From: a virus
Lineage: Duplodnaviria; Caudoviricetes
Virus record (IMG/VR): IMGVR_UViG_3300033752_000023
Span: 2,391 to 66,390 of that record
Reading direction: 5' to 3' (one strand)
DNA length: 64,000 bases
A program made the position numbers and the translations under genes. Under the pieces are notes generated by a model that saw nothing but the letters and a program-made list of their open reading frames with translations, did no database searches and was not told the DNA's origin. Numbering within the stretch: the stretch's first letter is position 1; each line of letters begins with the position of its first letter. Positions 50,101 to 58,862 of the stretch are shown in pieces.

Positions 50101-50357
50101 ATATAGAATTTGACATTCCTTTGATACCTACTGGTGTAAAAGTGTACATTGAAGAAAATTTTCGTCAAGCAGTTGAGAACTTCACTGTCTTCCCAAATAA
50201 TGGTCAAGTGATTGAAAAAGGCTATGATTATTTTATTATTAAAGGAGAAGGGGTTGCAGATGTAAGAATCGTTGGCAAACGCTCAGGCTATGCAGATCAC
50301 TTCTTCGAGAATTTAGATAACCTTTCAGAAAGTGGAGGTATGTCCGATGCAAGCTAA
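47139..50357 (+). CDS. Tail fibre / receptor-binding protein with carbohydrate-binding-like domains
   Basis: IASGQITILDLND N-terminus, GNLVDNPS and GRNWLRGT..MKIEIGNRSTDWTPAPED beta-sandwich signatures, coiled-coil linkers. Confidence 0.75.
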   Translation: MAIIASGQITILDLNDAIVSGTAPANPVVGTLWIDTSVNPNVLKRWNGTQWTPQTLDLGNLDPQAQQDIDNNKITLANMADDTILTRQERSYVKDLVTKIIGTIITDNGTMPTLATLDSSGVGDVATARKSAVNAGIDISHVDYTDLGTKYTNLANYLNGLNPKPWDTTSSTNVTINPTTWRNTWLQFYTALGKLNQTVSDKLRQNAEGNLVDNPSITGAVGRWNKGTSPTIENIDFQGKTIPTMKVTTTGDVMVIHDDILVDPSKAYQVSLWFRSSTISTGTVYLGVYAYDSAGNNIGIDVVNDSTGAVTAANTNPYAWSGNNSSANTWVQRVFYIMPAGTNNNDMKQLGTNVTSNMRFLSNTRKLRIRWLNYYNSGTTKTVWVAHPRVTEVDPNAVLTSAKAKIDANTANSLLADISNDNKLTPVEKQDVKKEWDIIVGEKPIIEAQANTYGITTEKTNYVNAYNALNTYITPLLSNLNSTSDIVGTTFRANFKAYYDAKTALLKKISDTPKTIIDNIKIGGRNWLRGTGTEKSIIGENRSNQTFTPYYFVNNSSAPIMDKTITVSFDWRVEGVDSPSGTFYVQGSNPYPLIANKITLSSTNKSGRVVETRTITGSPFSGVNFRLDYVTAGAKLVISNMKIEIGNRSTDWTPAPEDVQEQIDGLGTRVNSAETSITQLANQIQLKANQTTVDALGNRISSAESSITLLSDEIDLKVDKNGVVSAINQTAEQIKIQASKIALDGYVEAKHIKSLNGLNVNDQFIVDSKGNVKFLGELEGATGTFQGDITANRLFINPFHTGEGLYNIFTIDWIIGTNNEKIEAFIGDTGYPELTWRALDGNNNEIEFAMGIRGLLSTNKISSPYYYGDTSHTNPILQDHLNGNVSLSALGADLYLGYINTRYVRVTPNILMFANGPYIDTYGGTLRLKQNDTNYIHQNGYGDVMIYANGSIRHRFNGNGTKSGGSIEIDGKVLGMTPIDSPQILLEYIEFDIPLIPTGVKVYIEENFRQAVENFTVFPNNGQVIEKGYDYFIIKGEGVADVRIVGKRSGYADHFFENLDNLSESGGMSDAS

Positions 50358-50550
50358 TATTGATCTAGTAATTCAGGACTTAATTGGTCAAATAGCAAAT
50401 TTGTCTAAGGAGAAAGCTATTTTCTCCGCATTAGCGACACAACATACAGTGGAGATCAACCAATTACGTCAAGAAAATGAACAGTTGAGAAAACAGATTG
50501 AGGAGCTTGAAAAACAAGAAGGGACAGGAAAACCTACTGATGGAAAATAG
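50332..50550 (+). CDS. Small coiled-coil protein after the fibre gene (probable start ATG 50347)
   Basis: GGAGG RBS; heptad pattern. Confidence 0.65.
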   Translation: MEVCPMQANIDLVIQDLIGQIANLSKEKAIFSALATQHTVEINQLRQENEQLRKQIEELEKQEGTGKPTDGK

Positions 50551-50638
50551 ACATTAACTTAACGACAAAAAGATAAAGATGTTTTTTTACCTACACATCT
50601 CCTTAGTTCTCCATTATTGATAGAGGTTTATAACACTG

Positions 50639-50671
50639 AAGGTGGGAAATTATTTCCCACCTTTTATTTTT
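50639..50671 (+). terminator. Intrinsic terminator
   Basis: AAGGTGGGAAA/TTTCCCACCTT 11-bp stem plus a T-run. Confidence 0.8.
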
Positions 50672-50720
50672 GTAACCAATTCGATTTTTATAAGGTAGAT
50701 TCATAAAACTTAACTAAGGA

Positions 50721-51227
50721 GTGGTCGATATGCAAGCTGCTATGTACAGAAAGGCAGGTGTGGGTACCATGAGGCACTATTTTGAACAGCTTGCTTCTGG
50801 CTTTGAATATAAGATTGTTCTCAGCATTATTGGGGCAATAATAGCTAAAATAGAAGGCTTCTATGGTGAACTAGTATGGGGATTTCTTGCCCTATTCTGT
50901 CTGGACTTAGTATCCGGCATATGGAAATCTAAAAAGAAAGGAATACCTATAAGTAGTAGAAGATTAAGGGATTCAGTAAGTAAGCTAGGTGCCTACATGG
51001 TACTTATGACAGCCTTAATTGTTGCTAGTAAATATGAACCATCTTTCTTACCTATTGTAACGGTAACCTACTACTATTTTATGTTTACAGAACTTAAATC
51101 AATTATTGAAAATGTAGAGGAGATAGGTGTGAAAATACCTAAATTCTTAAGACAAGAAGTAAACTCTAAAGTAGAAGATTCTGAAAACGAAGACGAGGAG
51201 GAAGGAAAAGATGGCAAACGCTCGTAA
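50721..51227 (+). CDS. Holin (phage holin family 4-like)
   Basis: LDLVSGIWKS..ISS..LR..K, three hydrophobic segments, E..SIIEN..IGVKIP.FL; precedes the endolysin. Confidence 0.8.
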   Translation: MVDMQAAMYRKAGVGTMRHYFEQLASGFEYKIVLSIIGAIIAKIEGFYGELVWGFLALFCLDLVSGIWKSKKKGIPISSRRLRDSVSKLGAYMVLMTALIVASKYEPSFLPIVTVTYYYFMFTELKSIIENVEEIGVKIPKFLRQEVNSKVEDSENEDEEEGKDGKRS

Positions 51228-52065
51228 TTTCCTAATTGCATTAGATGATGGTCATGGTATGGAGACCCCAGGTAAACGTACTCCTTATATTGCTTCATTA
51301 GGTAGAGAGATTAAGGAAAACGAATTCAATAGGGCAGTAGTAAAATACTTAGATGAAGAGCTAAGACGTTGTGGTTTTCGTACTTTGTTGGTAGCACCTA
51401 CTGATAAAGACGTACCTCTTAAAAAGAGAACTGACTTAGCTAACGCTAAGGGTGCAGATGCCTATATTTCAATACACTATAATGCTTTTGATGGTAAATT
51501 TAATGGTCCTGGTAAAGACCCAGAAGGTCACTCTATTCACATATATCCAGGTTCTAAATCTGGTCGTAAGCTAGCAGAATGTATCTTAAAATACTTGAGA
51601 CAAGGTACACCACAAAAAAATCGTGGCATACAGGAAAATAATTTCCATGTACTGAGAGAAACTAAAATGCCTGCTGTTCTATCTGAGAATGGATTTATGG
51701 ACAACATGAGAGAAGCACTACTAATGATTAACAAACAATTCCAAAAAGAAGTAGCTATAGAACACGCTAAAGGAATCTGTGACTACTTCGGAGTTAAGTA
51801 CGTGCCAAAAGCCACCCCAGTTAAAAAACCTACTAGCACAGGTAACAAAATATACAAAGTACAAACTGGAGCCTTCAAAGTAAAGGGATATGCAGACAAA
51901 TTAGCTAAAGAACTAAAGAAAGATGGATATGACACATTTATTGTCCACGACAAGTACTATAAAGTACAAACTGGTGCATTTAGTGTAAGGAAAAATGCAG
52001 AAAAACTAGCTATGGAGCTTAGGAAGAAAGGATATTCTGTATTTATTGTAGAGGTGGGAAAATAA
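51211..52065 (+). CDS. Endolysin: N-acetylmuramoyl-L-alanine amidase (Amidase_3) with two SPOR-like repeats
   Basis: IALDDGHG, E.EFN, R..LAN..GAD.YISIH.NA, VLRETKMPAVL.E.GF; YKVQTGAF twice. Confidence 0.93.
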   Translation: MANARNFLIALDDGHGMETPGKRTPYIASLGREIKENEFNRAVVKYLDEELRRCGFRTLLVAPTDKDVPLKKRTDLANAKGADAYISIHYNAFDGKFNGPGKDPEGHSIHIYPGSKSGRKLAECILKYLRQGTPQKNRGIQENNFHVLRETKMPAVLSENGFMDNMREALLMINKQFQKEVAIEHAKGICDYFGVKYVPKATPVKKPTSTGNKIYKVQTGAFKVKGYADKLAKELKKDGYDTFIVHDKYYKVQTGAFSVRKNAEKLAMELRKKGYSVFIVEVGK

Positions 52066-52066
52066 T

Positions 52067-52486
52067 ATGGAGCAAATATTAAATGTCATAACCCAGTCTG
52101 CTGTTGAAATCATAGTGGTCATTATTGGCTACCTGGCTATGTCCATAGCCTACAAGGTTCGAGGATATGTAGACAGACTTAAGAAGAAAGATGAACTTGG
52201 TATTGTTGATGTTATTACTGATGCAGTAGTAGAGTGGACAGAAGCTGAACTGAAAGGTAAGCCAGGTATAGAGAAGCGAGATTTCGCTGTAAAGAAAGCT
52301 GTAGAAATACTATCATCTAAAGGCATTAAGGTCAGCGAAGCTGAAATTATTGCAGGTATTGAAAACGGTGTTAATAAACTCCGTTTAAAACAACAAAAAG
52401 GCTCATCCACCCAAATAACTCAAAATGCCCACGAAATTCAAATGCGGGCAATGAGCAAACCTGATGGTTTAAGCGACATGTTTTAA
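52067..52486 (+). CDS. Second holin-like protein (LL-H type)
   Basis: One N-terminal TM helix, then AVVEWTEAEL..KPG.EK..FAV..GI..IE.GV. Confidence 0.65.
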   Translation: MEQILNVITQSAVEIIVVIIGYLAMSIAYKVRGYVDRLKKKDELGIVDVITDAVVEWTEAELKGKPGIEKRDFAVKKAVEILSSKGIKVSEAEIIAGIENGVNKLRLKQQKGSSTQITQNAHEIQMRAMSKPDGLSDMF

Positions 52487-52501
52487 TAGGACATTATATC
52501 C

Positions 52502-52545
52502 GAAAATCCCTGCCAAAATCAATGGCAGGGATTTTCATTATGTCC
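52502..52545. terminator. Strong hairpin ending the late operon, possibly bidirectional
   Basis: 14-bp stem GAAAATCCCTGCCA/TGGCAGGGATTTTC. Confidence 0.75.
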
Positions 52546-52617
52546 AAACCAACGACAAAATTTGCCTATAATGTGCCCTAGAACTATGAAAACCAGGACT
52601 AGCAGTACCCCTCTGTG

Positions 52618-52646
52618 TTGACATCTCCCGAAAGGTGTGGCAAAAT
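52618..52646 (+). promoter_or_regulatory. Host sigma-A-type promoter at the start of the replication module
   Basis: TTGACA-17 bp-CAAAAT with an extended -10 TG. Confidence 0.65.
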
Positions 52647-52707
52647 GAGGTTGAGGTGAAAAGTTCGTGGAAAACGATTATTTTATGTATATAATCTAAT
52701 TCTGGAG

Positions 52708-55608
52708 GTGTGCCGTATGGCTATAATTGAAATACACAATTTGTACTCAAAAGTCATAGACGCTTCTCCAAAAGCCCTAATAGCTATTGACAATGCCTTA
52801 GCGGTTGAGACACCAGGATATAAATTTACAGCCAGCTATAGAAGTGGACATTGGGACGGTATGACTAGATTTTTCAATAGAGTCAGAAGTAAGTCAGGAG
52901 TGAAGGGTAAATTCCCTACTGGTCTTCTATCCGAAGTAGTAATGGCTATGAGAAGGGCAGGAGAAGAGGTAGAAATAGTTGACAAACGTAATATCATCGA
53001 GGTAAATGTACCTAATGAGATAAAACTAAAGCACAAAGAGCTAGGTGAAATTACACTACGTGATTACCAGTATGAATCAGTAAAGAAAGGTCTTGAATCT
53101 ACACGTGGTATAATAAATGTAGCAACAAATGGGGGTAAGTGTGTACCTAAAGACACTCTGGTACTAACACCTGAGGGTTATAAAACCATAGAACAGATAT
53201 TTATGGAAAACGGAACACCTTGTGAGATAGCTGACAAGGCTGTGGAAACTGAGGTTGAGTTAATCAACCGCTACGGTAAGCCTGAGAGAGCCAGCCATCT
53301 GACTTTTAATGGTGTTAAACCTGTCATAAAAACTACACTAAATTCTGGTATAGAATTGAAATCCACCTACAATCATCCATTATTAACTGTTAATGAAAAT
53401 GGTGATTTTGAATGGAAGAATACAGAGGATATTAAAGTTGGAGACATGTTAGTCACTAGAATAGGAGATAACATATATGGATCCAACAATACAATTAACG
53501 AACATGAAGCATACTGTGTAGGTGCATTGTTGGCAGATGCTTATATAGGTCAAGACTATAAAATTGGATTTACTAATGACCAACCAGTTTTACTAGACAT
53601 CATAGAAGAATATTTTAAGACATTGAACCCAACAAGTATCACTAGGGAATATAGTAAACGCTCAATGAATAGTATAACAGTTGTACAACATGGTAAAGAA
53701 TCTACTATTAACTGGCATAATAGACTTGGTATAGATTATGGTGTAGCTAAGGACAAACATGTACCTCAATGTATTATGGAGGCACCAAAAAGTGTACAGT
53801 TATCTTTTCTATCTGGATACCTGGAATGTGAATGTCACATAGATGTTTCTAGACCTAGAATGGAAGTTACCTCTGCTTCTAAGAAACTGATGACTCAGAT
53901 ACAACTAATGCTAAAAAATATGGGAGTTATGTCTTCGCTAAGAATCAAAAAACAGGCAAAAGGTTACTACTATAGATTGACAATAGCAACAAAATATTTG
54001 GTGAAGTTGCTCAGTATGTTAGACTTCAAAACCGAGCAAAGACAAAATCAGGCTATAGAGTCAGTATCAAATTACTATAGCAAAAGTCGCAGACCAGATA
54101 ATGAGTCAGTTCCTAATGGTAAAACTCTCATTACTATGTATAAGGATGGGTATAAAAACATACCATCAGGAGCAAAGAAGAAAATGCATGTACCAAACAA
54201 TATAAGCCGAGATAGAATGAGTGAACTGCTATGCATGTACCCAGATGGTCCAGAGCATATAAAGGACAAGATAGAAGCACTGATTGATGACAACCTATAC
54301 TTCGATAAGGTGGTGTCTATAGAATACGTAGGGGAAGAGCCTACATTTGATGTTTGTATGCCAGAGACCCATAGTTTCATAGCTAGCAGCGTAGTAAACC
54401 ATAATACCGAGATAGCTTGTGGTATCATCCAGACATTACTTCCCCAACTAAAAGACGGTGAGAGAATAGTATTCTTTACACATGCTAAAGAAATATTCAC
54501 TCAGTCACACAAACGTATACAAGAACGGTTAGGTATAAAGGTTGGTCTCATAGGTGACGGTAAGTGGGAAGAAGAGCAGGTTACTGTGGCTATGATACCT
54601 ACGATTGCCAAATACTTAAAGAAGCCAAAAATCTTACCAAAGACTAAGAAGTACAAAGAGTTAAGTGAAAAGATAGACCTAATGATGATTAAATATGCCA
54701 GCATGAAAGACAAGGAACAGAAGAAGGAGTATAAGGAGCAGATAGATGCAGCACGCCAAGAGTTAGAAGAATATACTAAAGAGCAATGGGACAAGATTAA
54801 TGAGAATGTTGCTAGGACCAATGAATTCCTAAACTCAATCGTATGCTTTATAGGCGATGAGGTACACCATGCTTCTTCTGATACGTGGTACCAAGTGTTT
54901 ATGTCCTTGGAGAGAGCATACTTTAGATTCGGCTTAACTGGTACAGTAGATGAGAGTAATAGGATAAACATCAAACGTTTACTGGGTTGTACAGGTAAGA
55001 TAATAACCAAAATATCTAACGAGTTTTTGATTGATAGAGGATACTCAGCAAAACCTACAATCTATATGATGAGTTTAGGCAACATCAAACCTATCGAGAA
55101 GGTTCCGTACGCTGAAGCTAGACGGATGGGAATTATAGAGTGTAAAGAACGTAATCAAAAATTCATAGACAAAGTACTGGAGAGAGCAAAATCCGGGAAA
55201 CAGTGTTTAATTATTGTGAACGAAACAGAGCATGGGGAAATTGTGCTAGACATGTTAGAAGGTAAAGGTGTAACAGTCAAGTTCACACATGGAGAAAAGT
55301 CTAGTAAATACCGAGAACAGGTTCTACAGGAATTAAGAGAGGGCACCTTGCAAGTACTTATAGCTACATCTATACTAGATGAGGGGGTAGACGTATCTGG
55401 GATAAACTGCTTATTCCTAATGGCTGGCGGTAAATCTATGAGGCAGTTACTGCAACGTATCGGTCGAGGATTACGTAAGAAAGAAGATGGCAGTGGATTG
55501 GAAGTATATGATGCGTTAGACTACCATAATGAATACCTGGTGGACCACACTTTAGAGAGATATTATACTTACAAAGACGAAGGGTTCGAGATAACCAAGT
55601 TGCAATAG
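52708..55608 (+). CDS. SF2 (UvsW-like) DNA helicase containing an intein (probable start ATG 52717)
   Basis: LRDYQ Q-motif, ATNGGK|T Walker A, GDEVHH, GLTGT, LDEGVD, QRIGRGLR. Confidence 0.92.
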   Translation: MCRMAIIEIHNLYSKVIDASPKALIAIDNALAVETPGYKFTASYRSGHWDGMTRFFNRVRSKSGVKGKFPTGLLSEVVMAMRRAGEEVEIVDKRNIIEVNVPNEIKLKHKELGEITLRDYQYESVKKGLESTRGIINVATNGGKCVPKDTLVLTPEGYKTIEQIFMENGTPCEIADKAVETEVELINRYGKPERASHLTFNGVKPVIKTTLNSGIELKSTYNHPLLTVNENGDFEWKNTEDIKVGDMLVTRIGDNIYGSNNTINEHEAYCVGALLADAYIGQDYKIGFTNDQPVLLDIIEEYFKTLNPTSITREYSKRSMNSITVVQHGKESTINWHNRLGIDYGVAKDKHVPQCIMEAPKSVQLSFLSGYLECECHIDVSRPRMEVTSASKKLMTQIQLMLKNMGVMSSLRIKKQAKGYYYRLTIATKYLVKLLSMLDFKTEQRQNQAIESVSNYYSKSRRPDNESVPNGKTLITMYKDGYKNIPSGAKKKMHVPNNISRDRMSELLCMYPDGPEHIKDKIEALIDDNLYFDKVVSIEYVGEEPTFDVCMPETHSFIASSVVNHNTEIACGIIQTLLPQLKDGERIVFFTHAKEIFTQSHKRIQERLGIKVGLIGDGKWEEEQVTVAMIPTIAKYLKKPKILPKTKKYKELSEKIDLMMIKYASMKDKEQKKEYKEQIDAARQELEEYTKEQWDKINENVARTNEFLNSIVCFIGDEVHHASSDTWYQVFMSLERAYFRFGLTGTVDESNRINIKRLLGCTGKIITKISNEFLIDRGYSAKPTIYMMSLGNIKPIEKVPYAEARRMGIIECKERNQKFIDKVLERAKSGKQCLIIVNETEHGEIVLDMLEGKGVTVKFTHGEKSSKYREQVLQELREGTLQVLIATSILDEGVDVSGINCLFLMAGGKSMRQLLQRIGRGLRKKEDGSGLEVYDALDYHNEYLVDHTLERYYTYKDEGFEITKLQ
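53140..54405 (+). mobile_element. Intein (422 aa) splitting the helicase Walker A motif
   Basis: NGGK|CVPKDTLVLT...SSVVNHN|TEIAC; atypical LAGLIDADG motifs VGALLADAY and LSGYLECEC. Confidence 0.93.
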
Positions 55609-55609
55609 A

Positions 55610-55760
55610 AAGCCTAGGACGAAGTACCTAGGCTTCGCTTAATATATTTAAAGGTACTTTAAAAGTACTTTAAAGGTATTTTAAAGTATCTTATAAATAC
55701 TTTATAAGTCTTTTTTAAATTAAAAATTTTTAAGTTTTAACTTACTTCGTAAGTTAAAAC
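55610..55760. repeat. Copy 2 of the composite AT-rich element: 11-bp repeats between two triloop hairpins (origin-like)
   Basis: TTTAAAGGTAC/TTTAAAAGTAC/TTTAAAGGTAT from 55647; hairpins at 55610-55635 and 55734-55760. Confidence 0.8.
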
Positions 55761-55803
55761 GGGACCACAGATCCCACATTGTATGGACAGCTAACTTGGG
55801 GGT

Positions 55804-56586
55804 ATGGAAATGGTAAGGCGAAAACCTATAAAGGTGAACAGGAAACCTATAAAACTCCCACAGCACCTAAAGATTCATATGAAGTTATGGGAGGTTACAG
55901 AGGAAACTAAGGAAGATGATATTTATGAGCTATCTAAACATTATGATATGTTAGCTATGAAGGTGACCCATAAGGCAGGGTATAACTCCCTATCACTTAA
56001 AAATCCAACCAAGCATAAAAACTGGGTGCATTTTGAAAGGGTGTATGAAATATGTAGGATGAAGGGTTGGGACCCTAAATTGTATATAGAATCACAGTTT
56101 GAACGTGTTAAGGCATGGAATTGGTCACAGGTAAAATACCCTCAGCCTAATGCCCTATATTCTGAGAAGGCTCTGCGGTTCTTTACTAATTATCTGTCAT
56201 CTATAAAACAAAAATATGAACATGACACCAGGAAGAAAGAAAAAGAAAGAGGAAGGGAAACGAAGCAGTTACGTACCAAAATAGTGGATGACATTGTTGC
56301 ATCAGTAGAAACCCTAGCCCAGTATATGGAAAGGACCAAACATAAGGACAAGGCTCAGTACAAAGCATTACGTATATTCCAATCATGGGCAGAATTATCT
56401 CCATACTACCTATGGAGTGTTCCCTGGTTCCATGAAGTGATAGATGAAATAGAGGGAACTATGGTAGAGAAATATAGGGCAGAATTCGATACAATCAGAA
56501 AGTCCCCAATGATACAAGAGGTAATCAGAGAAACCGTACCACAGGTTGAGCAATTCTATAACGTTTCAGGCAATATTCGGCTTTGA
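55804..56586 (+). CDS. Hypothetical replication-module protein, 260 aa
   Basis: GGGG RBS; lies between the origin-like element and the DnaB-like gene. Confidence 0.7.
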   Translation: MEMVRRKPIKVNRKPIKLPQHLKIHMKLWEVTEETKEDDIYELSKHYDMLAMKVTHKAGYNSLSLKNPTKHKNWVHFERVYEICRMKGWDPKLYIESQFERVKAWNWSQVKYPQPNALYSEKALRFFTNYLSSIKQKYEHDTRKKEKERGRETKQLRTKIVDDIVASVETLAQYMERTKHKDKAQYKALRIFQSWAELSPYYLWSVPWFHEVIDEIEGTMVEKYRAEFDTIRKSPMIQEVIRETVPQVEQFYNVSGNIRL

Positions 56587-56655
56587 TACGTAAGAGAGGA
56601 TTTTGACTGCACCCCCTTTAATTAAGTTGACAGCTTAATCGGAGGGGGTACAATA

Positions 56656-58288
56656 ATGCCAGACGTCTATGAGTTTTCAGAAGGATTCCAACTGAAGATA
56701 CTAGCATTGATGGCTAGAGACAAAGGATTCTATGTGATATACAAGGATGTATTGAAGCCTAAGTATTTCCGGAAGGATATCCATATAGACATTGCTCGTA
56801 TTATACATGACCACTATGAGAGAGAATTAGACAGAGCTAAGAGAAAGGGAACAGAAGTTAATCCTCCTACATTGGAGGTGTTATGGGAAGAGATAAGAAA
56901 GCTGACTCGCAATAATGAACGTAAGAAAAAGCTAAAACATCAGTATGAAGATACCGCTGTTGATATATGGGAAGTTGACCTATCTGATGCAGAATATATA
57001 AAAGAAAGCGTTATTGCATTTGGTAAACGTGCAGCTATGGAGCATGCTATCTTAGAATCAGTTGAAGAGATAGAAAAGGGTACTCAAGATTATGCTGTAA
57101 TCGAACAACGTATTAGGTCAGCTATACTAGTAGGTGAGGACATATCTGACTTAGGTATGGATTACTTTGCCGATGCTGAAAAGCGTATGGAAATGTATTC
57201 ACAGGGCTTTGATGGTGTGAGAAGGGTACCTACAGGTTTGTCAGGATTAGATAGGGTTATGAAAGGTGGTCTAGGTGATGGTGAATTAGGTGTTATAATT
57301 GCTCCACCGAACAGAGGTAATGTAAAAGTCGCATAACTTTCATGTGGCTTATTGCCGTCTGTATCAGAAATGATGCAGATTATTAGCGGGCAAAATCGGT
57401 GGAAGCTGGGAAGCTAACACCGAGGTAACTGTAGCTGGGCATAGGTAGCTACAGTACCGTAGAGCATAGGTAGTGAGTCCCAACAATAATCTACCCACGA
57501 GTGTCCGCCACCCAAACCGTAAAGGTCGGTGGGTGAAAATATATGCCAAGCTTACGGGAATAAGAACCGTAAGAACTAGGGGATAAAAAGCCTCTAGGAT
57601 AATATAACTGAAATCATTCGCACTTATTAACATAGGTGCTGGTGGAGTATCTGAAGGATATAACGTTGTTCACTATACACTTGAGATGCCAGAGAAACAG
57701 GTAGCAAAACGATATGACAACAGACTTCTTAAAAAGGATTTCAACTACCTGCGTGAGCACAGTAGTAAAGCTATTACAGCCCTCATGAATCTACACAAGC
57801 ATATGAAGGGTGAACTGATTATCAAGAAGTACAGAACCAATGAGTGTTCTGTAGATACAATTCGTTCTCACCTAACTCGTCTGTATATGGAAAAGGGATT
57901 CAAGCCAGATGTCATTATTGTAGACTATGCAGATCTACTCAAACCTAGACGTTCTTACTCTGACAAACGTTTTGAGCTAGAGTCAATCTACTTAGACCTA
58001 CGTGACCTGGGTGATGAATACAAATGTCCGGTATGGACTGCATCACAGGCTAACCGGGGTGCACTGGATAAGAAGGTTATCACAATTGCAGACCTGGCAG
58101 AAGCGTTTAATAAAGCCAATATAGCAGATTTCATGGTTGCCCTATGTCAAACAGTAGAGGAAAAGTCTCAGGGTATCATGCGCTGGTATGTAACTAAACA
58201 TCGTGATGGTGAAGCTAACATAACACTAGAAGGAGACATTGATTATGTTACTGCGTTCATGACAGTAATAGATGAGGAGGTAATGTGA
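56656..58288 (+). CDS. dnaB: DnaB-like replicative helicase, split by a group I intron (exons 56656-57318 and 57611-58288)
   Basis: Splicing restores GELGVIIAPPNRG|KSFALINIG..VVHYTLEM; IIVDYADL, VWTASQANR and ADF motifs in exon 2. Confidence 0.9.
57319..57610 (+). mobile_element. Group I self-splicing intron, 292 nt, no homing endonuclease ORF
   Basis: Exon 1 ends in U and the intron ends in G; P3-like GCGGGCA/TGTCCGC, P7-like GCATA/TATGC, P9-like CTTACGG/CCGTAAG; removal gives an in-frame Walker A. Confidence 0.88.
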
Positions 58289-58289
58289 C

Positions 58290-58853
58290 ATGAAGGAATA
58301 CTGTCCAGAGTGTTTGAAAAAGGGCTACCAAGCTGAGATATTCTCGGCAGGTAGCCTTTACCGTTGTATTAGATGTTCTAAGGATATTGAGAAGAGAAAA
58401 GTTGACCCGGAGCCAGTTAAATTAGGTAAAAAGGGGAAGATCATGCTTTGTACTATACATGGTCGAACTGTTATGGAAGGAATTGATAAGCAACTATTTG
58501 CTGTAGGTAAACCTAAAGGAAAAACGTATTTTCGTTGGTGGAAATGGGACCCTGGGTTAGCACCTAGCAGAGAATTAGTAACCTTTACAAAAGATTATAT
58601 CAGAAGAAAAGGTCATAAGGAAGGTTGGTTTGAAAGATATACAGAAAGGTTACTAGATGAATGGGCTATACGTGAGGATACCATGCAGTCATTTGTTAGA
58701 CTTAGAAAATGGTTAGACAGTGGCTTAAATGTAGCAATTGCATGTTATTGTGCACCAGAAAAAAGACCTCAATGTCATTTAAGCATACTGGGAGATGTAT
58801 TAACATCTATGGGATACACAGTGGAGGAAGCAGAACCTATTAAGTACAAGTGA
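58290..58853 (+). CDS. Zn-ribbon plus DUF488-like protein
   Basis: CPEC..CIRC; GLAPS.EL..F..Y..RLL..VAIACYC..CH..IL. Confidence 0.55.
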   Translation: MKEYCPECLKKGYQAEIFSAGSLYRCIRCSKDIEKRKVDPEPVKLGKKGKIMLCTIHGRTVMEGIDKQLFAVGKPKGKTYFRWWKWDPGLAPSRELVTFTKDYIRRKGHKEGWFERYTERLLDEWAIREDTMQSFVRLRKWLDSGLNVAIACYCAPEKRPQCHLSILGDVLTSMGYTVEEAEPIKYK

Positions 58854-58862
58854 GGTGGTATA

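Noticed and set aside
44366-50357. Diversity-generating retroelement or invertible fibre cassette
   Set aside because: No reverse transcriptase, invertase, template/variable repeat pair or inverted fibre copies are visible.
57364-57633. 89-aa minus-strand ORF in the intron as a possible homing endonuclease
   Set aside because: No LAGLIDADG, GIY-YIG or HNH motif; it is antisense to the intron core.
56656-58288. DnaB as a pseudogene or as two separate genes
   Set aside because: The break is exactly explained by a group I intron whose removal restores the Walker A motif in frame.
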